From positions 14,650 to 78,649 of the IMG/VR virus record IMGVR_UViG_3300032053_005312: a stretch of DNA of 64,000 nucleotides; one strand, written 5' to 3'. The notes under the pieces are model-generated. The model saw only the letters and a list, made by a program, of their open reading frames with translations, was not told the origin of the DNA and made no database searches. Made by a program: the position numbers and the translations under genes. Within the stretch, counting starts at the first letter, position 1; each line of letters opens with the position of its first letter. This document shows, piece by piece, positions 57,929 through 64,000 of this stretch. Origin of the DNA: a virus.

Positions 57929-58876
57929 ATGGTCCAGGTCCAGATTACTGATGAGACACAACAGCGAGCGGAAAAGCTGTTGGAGGCAACACTGCGAGTA
58001 TTCTATCATCCGACGTTTGATGAACTTAAACAAAGGAAGAATATTCTTGCAGATATACCCGGTCACGAGAAGTTTCAAAAAGATGGTGAAAAGGTTCAGA
58101 AGCTACGAACTAGCAAGATCGCACCAGAAATGCGACCTTGTTACGAAGCCCCGTTGTTGAACTTCGAGCAGGAACAACATTTGTTCCGCAAGATGAATTA
58201 CTTCAAGTATCGGGCGAAGAAGTTAATGGAAGGGATGAACCCGAAGAGAGTCGGCGAAAAGCGAGTCAAAAACATTGAAGAACACTTGGCCATTGCCGAT
58301 TCGATCCGCAATCAAATTGCGGAATCGAACTTCCGGCTTGCCACTCAAATCCTCAAGGGGCAGATTACTTTTTACCGTGAACATAGTTTGACAGATGCGT
58401 TGCTCAGTGATGGGTATTTTGACGTGTTGAAGGCGGTTGACTACTTCGATTGGACGAAGGGCTATCGTTTCAGCACATATGCAACCTGGGTGGTAAAGAA
58501 GAATTTCTTCCGAGACTCCAAGCAGAAGATCACATATGCCGAGAGATTCACCTATCTGGATGACTCTCGTGCTGAAATGCTCAACTCAAGGGGCGAAGGA
58601 TACCAAGAAGAGAAAGATTACACAGGCCGACAAGAGTTGGTCAAGAAGTTGTTGAAACTATTGTCTGAAGGCGACAATAGCACGGATCGCAACCGACAGG
58701 TTCGTGTGCTAGAACATTACTTCGGGGTCAATGGCACCAACCGACAAACATTGGAACAGATCAGCGAAGAGATCGGCGTCACTAAAGAACGGGTGCGACA
58801 ACTCAAAGAAAAAGGTTTGCTTTGGATTAAGCAGAAGGTCGAAGAGTTGGGCATCCAATACGAAACGGAAGAATGA
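57929..58876 (+). CDS. RNA polymerase sigma70-family factor (Planctomycete-like type)
   Basis: YEAPLL..EQE.HLFRKMNY.KY, SNFRL, AVDYFD..KGYRFSTYATW, TLEQI..GVTKERVRQL. Confidence 0.9.
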   Translation: MVQVQITDETQQRAEKLLEATLRVFYHPTFDELKQRKNILADIPGHEKFQKDGEKVQKLRTSKIAPEMRPCYEAPLLNFEQEQHLFRKMNYFKYRAKKLMEGMNPKRVGEKRVKNIEEHLAIADSIRNQIAESNFRLATQILKGQITFYREHSLTDALLSDGYFDVLKAVDYFDWTKGYRFSTYATWVVKKNFFRDSKQKITYAERFTYLDDSRAEMLNSRGEGYQEEKDYTGRQELVKKLLKLLSEGDNSTDRNRQVRVLEHYFGVNGTNRQTLEQISEEIGVTKERVRQLKEKGLLWIKQKVEELGIQYETEE

Positions 58877-58877
58877 A

Positions 58878-59441
58878 ATGAATGATAAAAACGAAAATGC
58901 CAAGCGGTTGGCATACGAAGCCCACGAAGGGCAGTTCAGAAAATACACGGGTGAACCATATATCGTTCACCCGGAACAAGTCCACGACAAAGTAACTTTA
59001 TTTTGTCTTGATAAGGGTTTGCCTGAAGAACAAAAGAGGTTGATGCAACGAGCCTCATGGTTGCACGACGTAAAAGAAGATTGCCCACAAATCAGCGATG
59101 AGCGTATCGTCAGCGAAGCTGATGAAGAAACGCTTAAACTGGTTCTCGAACTAACAAATCCATCAAAAGGATCAAAAGAGCCACGGGCAGTACGGAAGAA
59201 GATGGATCGTGACCATTTGGCCGTTGTTTCTTGGGAAGCCAAAGTCATCAAACTTTGTGACCGCATCTTAAATCTTCTTGATCTGAAAATGAATGCCCGT
59301 TTGCCTAACGGTCCACCAAAAGATTTTCTTGCTCTTTATGCCAAGGAGAGTCGGGCGCTTTTGGAAGCTCTTGAAGGCACAGACGAAATGTTGGAGCTTG
59401 AGTTGGTGGTTAGGATTACAAGCATCGAAGAAATGAAATGA
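58878..59441 (+). CDS. RelA/SpoT-type HD hydrolase (small alarmone hydrolase-like)
   Basis: AHEGQFRKYTGEPYIVHP, WLHDVKED, ELTN, IKLCDRILNL. Confidence 0.85.
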   Translation: MNDKNENAKRLAYEAHEGQFRKYTGEPYIVHPEQVHDKVTLFCLDKGLPEEQKRLMQRASWLHDVKEDCPQISDERIVSEADEETLKLVLELTNPSKGSKEPRAVRKKMDRDHLAVVSWEAKVIKLCDRILNLLDLKMNARLPNGPPKDFLALYAKESRALLEALEGTDEMLELELVVRITSIEEMK

Positions 59442-59599
59442 GACTGTGGCTATGGCGAGTTCGTCGTCAGCAAGATCGGCGACATTCAAGAGTTTACCGA
59501 GCGATGGAGAAATCATTTTGTGTCAATAATGAATCCGCAATATCTACCAGATTTTTGGGACGTTAAGAAGCCTTTGGTTCGAGATCGGGTTAGATCAAA

Positions 59600-59848
59600 A
59601 TGAAAAAAGATACAACTGGATTGGTCGAAGGCATCATTTGCCATGACGCCAATCTGACCATTGCCGAAGTTAAGACTGAATGGGAAAGAATTGGATTGGG
59701 CAAATTCGTTCCTGACAGCAGGTTGTCAGGAGTTCTTCTGTTTTTTGCCTCAAACGAAGACATTATTCTTTGCCAGAGGAAAGTCCGGGATGGCGACACC
59801 AAATTATTCACGACTGTCGGCCTGAACCGCAAAGTTAAAATGTGCTGA
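59600..59848 (+). CDS. Hypothetical protein
   Basis: Short ORF. Confidence 0.45.
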   Translation: MKKDTTGLVEGIICHDANLTIAEVKTEWERIGLGKFVPDSRLSGVLLFFASNEDIILCQRKVRDGDTKLFTTVGLNRKVKMC

Positions 59849-59855
59849 GGTTAAA

Positions 59856-60284
59856 ATGAGGTTATGGTCTTTGAATCCTGCTCTTTTGGACCCCAAAGGG
59901 CTTGTCGCATTATGGCGAGAAGGACTGTTGGCTCAGAATGTTTTGATGAACAAAACAAAGGGCTACAAGTTCCATCCTCAATTGGAACGATTCAAAAGAA
60001 CAAATGATCCAGTGGCTTCGATTGATCTGTATTTAAGTTATGTTTTGGAAGAGTCCAGAAATAGAGGCTACTCATTCAACGCCTCCAAATTGAGTGCGAA
60101 TAACATTCAGCCGAAAATAGAAGTGACTATTGGGCAAATGCTTTACGAGATAGAGCATTTGAAAAACAAGTTAAGACTTCGTAATGAGAAGTTTCTTGAC
60201 AAGATGCCAAGCGAGTTGGCAGATTGCATTCATCCATTTTTTCAGTTGATTCCCGGTGACGTGGAATCCTGGGAAAAGACTTGA
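59856..60284 (+). CDS. Pyrimidine-dimer DNA glycosylase (DenV-like)
   Basis: MRLWSL.P..LD.KGLVALWREGLLAQ, GYKFHPQLERF, RGYSF. Confidence 0.85.
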   Translation: MRLWSLNPALLDPKGLVALWREGLLAQNVLMNKTKGYKFHPQLERFKRTNDPVASIDLYLSYVLEESRNRGYSFNASKLSANNIQPKIEVTIGQMLYEIEHLKNKLRLRNEKFLDKMPSELADCIHPFFQLIPGDVESWEKT

Positions 60285-60323
60285 GTTTTACGTTTGCCAG
60301 GATTTGTGGTATGATGATAAATC

Positions 60324-60992
60324 ATGAGCCATTTCCACAAATATCCTCGAACGTATCATCTTCCTTGGTCGCCAGGGGCAAGTAATGATGATCGCATTTT
60401 GCCCAATGTTAAGCACTTCGAGGGTTTGGAAATCGTCGTCACGGAGAAGTTGGATGGGGAAAACACATCCATGTACTCCGATCACATTCACGCTCGCTCT
60501 CTTGATTCCAAGCATCACCCTTCTCGAACTTGGGTCAAGGTGTTGCACGGCCAGTTAAGCCACGAACTGCCTCCAGGCTGGCGAGTTTGTGGTGAGAATG
60601 TGTATGCCTTGCATTCAATCCAATACACCAAGCTGCAAGGCTATTTCTACGTTTTCGGAATATACGACGACAAAAACAATTGTTTGTCGTGGGACGAAAC
60701 CGTGGAATATGCCACCATGCTCAATCTGCCGGTTGCCCCGGTCCTATATCGTGGGCCTTGGGACGAGGCAAAGGTCAAAGCCTGCTGGACAGGCATTTCT
60801 ACTGCATCCCCAGGAGATCAACAGGAAGGCTATGTTCTGCGAGTGGCGCAGACGTTCCCGTATGACGCTCAAGATGATGGGCTGTTTTCACAATGCACTG
60901 CCAAATATGTCCGGGCCGATCATGTTCAAACCAGTTCGCACTGGTTAGATAAACCCGTGGTGCCGAACTTGCTGAGGATAACATGGGAGTAG
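60324..60992 (+). CDS. RNA ligase (Rnl2-type adenylation domain)
   Basis: KYPRTYHLPWSPG, TEKLDGEN, GEN, EGYVLR, AKYVR..HVQT. Confidence 0.9.
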   Translation: MSHFHKYPRTYHLPWSPGASNDDRILPNVKHFEGLEIVVTEKLDGENTSMYSDHIHARSLDSKHHPSRTWVKVLHGQLSHELPPGWRVCGENVYALHSIQYTKLQGYFYVFGIYDDKNNCLSWDETVEYATMLNLPVAPVLYRGPWDEAKVKACWTGISTASPGDQQEGYVLRVAQTFPYDAQDDGLFSQCTAKYVRADHVQTSSHWLDKPVVPNLLRITWE

Positions 60993-61357
60993 CTGCAACT
61001 CATTACGTCGTATTGGGCGTTGCCATTACCGATGAAGCCCAGGTCAAGGAATTCTTTCGCATCAATGAAGATCACCTTGATTTCATGGATGGCTACGACG
61101 ACAACGACTATAAGGACGAGATTACTCCCAACGAAAGCGGCATCCATGTCATTGTGGACGGCATGAGCGGCAAATACGTTGTCGTTGGAAAGATATTGGC
61201 CAAGGGCATTGAAGGTGGGCTGGAGCTTACCAAAGTGTCTGATATTGCCCGACAATACAGGAATTTCTACCAAGAAGTTCTCAAGTTGGATCAGGTATTG
61301 GGGACGAAGTTTGGTGGGCTGGATGCCGAAGTGATTGTTTTTACACATTGGCACTGA
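60983..61357 (+). CDS. Hypothetical protein
   Basis: VDGMSGKYVVVG phage-type motif. Confidence 0.7.
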   Translation: MGVAATHYVVLGVAITDEAQVKEFFRINEDHLDFMDGYDDNDYKDEITPNESGIHVIVDGMSGKYVVVGKILAKGIEGGLELTKVSDIARQYRNFYQEVLKLDQVLGTKFGGLDAEVIVFTHWH

Positions 61358-61400
61358 ACCAAACGGCAAGTTTCTTCTCTAGGTTGTCAGGAGACAAATC

Positions 61401-61910
61401 ATGAGTGCCTTGATCGAGTATGTTCAGAACCACACAGATCGCAGCGTATGTTCATCAAGACCCTATTGGAGAAATTATCTATGTCTTTGCGGCAAGTGCA
61501 TCGACGCAGGTGAATGGGAAAAGTACGGCCTGCCGAAGCCTGTGGAAAAAAGCCAATGGGATTTGGTTGAACTTGTTGAGCCGCCACATACAGTCAATAT
61601 GTTCTTCTTCGACGTGTCCGCAGTAGGCAATCCTACCGCTGAAGAGTTTGTTCGACTGACGAATGAACACAAAGGCGCATTCGGTGACGCCGATCCTTTG
61701 GACGGCGGCGAACACGGATACATGGAGTTGGGCGGTTGGATCGGGGACCAAGGGCTTGCTATGCAATATATGGCCCTTGGGAAAATACTCGGCCTGTGGC
61801 AAGTCATGCACCCCGGAATGATTCTGGATGTCAACGATCTGGCTCAGAAGCAAATGGCCGATCAGATGGCCGGAGCCGGGATGGTGTCAATCCTGGGTAA
61901 GCAGTCTTGA
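61401..61910 (+). CDS. Hypothetical protein
   Basis: SD aggag; YMELGGWIGDQGLA. Confidence 0.7.
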   Translation: MSALIEYVQNHTDRSVCSSRPYWRNYLCLCGKCIDAGEWEKYGLPKPVEKSQWDLVELVEPPHTVNMFFFDVSAVGNPTAEEFVRLTNEHKGAFGDADPLDGGEHGYMELGGWIGDQGLAMQYMALGKILGLWQVMHPGMILDVNDLAQKQMADQMAGAGMVSILGKQS

Positions 61911-61911
61911 C

Positions 61912-61940
61912 TTTACAATCAGACTTTTTCGTGGTAAAAT
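61912..61940 (+). promoter_or_regulatory. sigma70-type promoter
   Basis: TTTACA-N17-TAAAAT. Confidence 0.65.
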
Positions 61941-62054
61941 ATCCACGTTAAAGCCGGATATTCGATATATTAGGCTAAAGTCTGATTGTGGTCTGCCGAT
62001 ATAACTTTCACCAGCAACTACAAACTACTTTCACCGAACTAGGAAACCACTTTT

Positions 62055-63677
62055 ATGTCGAAGAAACTTGGAAAATCTGCCTATCCTGCCGGTCATGGCC
62101 CGAATGACTTTCAATGCTTCGGCCCGCCTGCTCTTGAAGATGGCAACTTCGACACCTGCAAGATAGCCGATATGGGATCATTCTCGCAGGAAGAAAAGGA
62201 CTCCAACAAGTATTACCACGCCTCTGTGGTGAAGTCCAAAATCAGTGGCACTTTCTACACCTATTTTGAGTGGGGCCGAGTCGGTGCTTCTTCGCCTCAA
62301 TTCCAAATGATTGAGTGTGCCAACGAAGCTGAAGCGCAGCGTGAATTCGCCGCTCAGTGTCATGAGAAGAACGACAAGCGTGGCGTATGGTCCACGGTTG
62401 CTGGCCTTCGCACTCTCACCGCCAAGCCGGGCAAAGACGTGTATCTGGTTCGTCAGTTGACGACCCGCAGCACTGGTCTGCCTGATGCCAAAACCATCAA
62501 GTATGTCGATCCCAATACTCCGAAGAAGCCCGACCCTAAAGCGTCGTCTGGCGATGCCGGTGTGAAGTCGGCGGCTAAGAAAGCTGATACTCACACCAGT
62601 CGATTGCTGCAAGACTTGATTGGTGGAACGATCAAGTACACTCGTTCGGCGATGGCCGACAATAGCCTGCCTACGCTGACGGCTATTGACCAAGCACGCA
62701 CCATTCTCACCGAGGCGCAGAAGCGTGTTGGTGTTGTGGGCGAAGACTTGGACGATCAGATCGGCGACAAAGAACTTCGGGTATATTCATCCGAATTGTA
62801 TCGACGTATTCCGAAGGTCAAGGCAGTCGGTACGCCGGACAGTGTGTGGATTCTGAGCGGCAATAATATCCTTTCCTGGCAACAGGACTTGGATGCCTTC
62901 GAGTCTGCATTGAGTGGACAAGCCCAAGTCGAAACCGACAGTGAAACCGATCCGTTCCACGGTCTGCCGCTTCACATGGAGTGGATTGACCCCAAGACTG
63001 ATCTTGGCAAATTCCTCACCTTCTGGTGGCCGAAGGCGACGGCAAACCGTCACGGTCATATTGGGACGATGAAGATCAAGAATCTGTGGAAGGTGGATCG
63101 TCACGGCGATGACGATAAGTTCACCAAGACTCAGGATAAGATTTATTCCGAAATCGGCGGGGCTAAGATCAGCGAACGTCCGTTGGTCCAGCCAAGCGAA
63201 CGACATGACGTTGATCCTAAGCGTCGTGAAGTATTCAGTGGTTCCAATACGGCCTTGCTGTTCCACGGAACTCGTTCCGTCAACGTGAAGGGTATTTTGG
63301 AGAAGTCACTGTTGCTTCCGAAGGAACTGGTCGGTGTCGCCATCAACGGTGCTATGTTCGGGCCGGGCCTATATTGGGCTGATGACTGGAAGAAGTCGGC
63401 GGGATATACGTCTCTCCGTGGTTCGATCTGGTCTGGTGGTGGCGGTTCGGTTGCTGGTCGTGCAGCGTTTATGTTCGCTGCTGACGTGACTGTTGGCGAG
63501 CCTCACGTTGCTCCTGGGCCTCGTGGTTATACTGCCCCGCCGAAGGGTACTCATTGTATCTTCGGCATGGGTCGCAACCACGGCAAGAAGCAATACAGCG
63601 GCGTCGAGAACAACGAATGGATCGTATTCCAGAATACACAAAGCCGTCTCAAATACCTTTGTGAATTTGAGACGTAA
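62055..63677 (+). CDS. WGR-domain PARP-family ADP-ribosyltransferase
   Basis: SNKYY..EWGRVG (WGR); helical SSELYRRIP region; LLFHGTR, GAMFGPGLYWAD..KSAGY, NNEWIVF (H-Y-E). Confidence 0.88.
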   Translation: MSKKLGKSAYPAGHGPNDFQCFGPPALEDGNFDTCKIADMGSFSQEEKDSNKYYHASVVKSKISGTFYTYFEWGRVGASSPQFQMIECANEAEAQREFAAQCHEKNDKRGVWSTVAGLRTLTAKPGKDVYLVRQLTTRSTGLPDAKTIKYVDPNTPKKPDPKASSGDAGVKSAAKKADTHTSRLLQDLIGGTIKYTRSAMADNSLPTLTAIDQARTILTEAQKRVGVVGEDLDDQIGDKELRVYSSELYRRIPKVKAVGTPDSVWILSGNNILSWQQDLDAFESALSGQAQVETDSETDPFHGLPLHMEWIDPKTDLGKFLTFWWPKATANRHGHIGTMKIKNLWKVDRHGDDDKFTKTQDKIYSEIGGAKISERPLVQPSERHDVDPKRREVFSGSNTALLFHGTRSVNVKGILEKSLLLPKELVGVAINGAMFGPGLYWADDWKKSAGYTSLRGSIWSGGGGSVAGRAAFMFAADVTVGEPHVAPGPRGYTAPPKGTHCIFGMGRNHGKKQYSGVENNEWIVFQNTQSRLKYLCEFET

Positions 63678-63908
63678 GAACTTGCCCTTGTTGCTAGAGA
63701 TCGTAGCTGGACGCTTCCGTGAGAGCTTCACAATAGTCACGGCTGATCTCTTATAAAGATCAAGATGAAGAAATGCCGGACTACGGCCACCGAAACAACA
63801 AGGGTATTTTTTCAAAATCGACGTGAACTAAAGTCAGCCGCCGTTCTCTAGGTGATTGTGGCGGTTGACTGATGCGAAACTAAAACAACACTACAAAGGA
63901 ACTTTCCA

Positions 63909-64000
63909 ATGAGCAATGCAAGTCTAATCCAGGTCGTTGAGACGGTCGTGGACGAAAAGGTTCAAGCTGGTGAATTGTTCACCGCCCATGATGTTACCCT
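63909..64000 (+). CDS. Hypothetical protein, 3'-partial
   Basis: SD aagga; MSNASLIQ..FTAHDVT open to window end. Confidence 0.6.
   Translation, partial: MSNASLIQVVETVVDEKVQAGELFTAHDVT

Noticed and set aside
63684-63812. Hammerhead ribozyme
   Set aside because: CUGAUGA core is absent

Overview
A gene-dense, mostly plus-strand segment of a very large (jumbo/huge) tailed-phage genome, read in the standard code. It carries T4-like gp32 (SSB) and gp23 (capsid) homology, many short ORFans, four AT-rich HNH-type insertions, and dispersed tRNA and tRNA-like genes. Host-takeover genes include GluRS-, MetRS- and ArgRS-like synthetases, RRF, Pth2, a class I release factor, ClpS, ClpX, two CsrA, two sigma70-type factors, ACP, FolD, Prs, an NMNAT-like enzyme, an alarmone hydrolase-like HD protein, a WGR-PARP and RNA/DNA ligases. 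The sigma, CsrA, DUF2934 and BON-type genes suggest a Planctomycetota host (inference). The most unusual signals are: (1) an RF1-type release-factor gene whose conserved frame lacks a normal start and is reachable by a prfB-like +1 shift at CTT-TAG; (2) three tRNA-Arg genes with one shared non-canonical D-arm design, next to an ArgRS lacking its D-loop-reading domain; (3) tRNA scaffolds whose anticodon loop is replaced by cargo, including a complete tRNA nested in another tRNA-like gene and a tmRNA-TLD-like Ala-acceptor RNA with no mRNA domain; (4) a shared C-terminal peptide motif on unrelated proteins, including SSB-, helicase- and capsid-derived pieces. All product calls come from motif recognition by eye; no database search or folding program was run.
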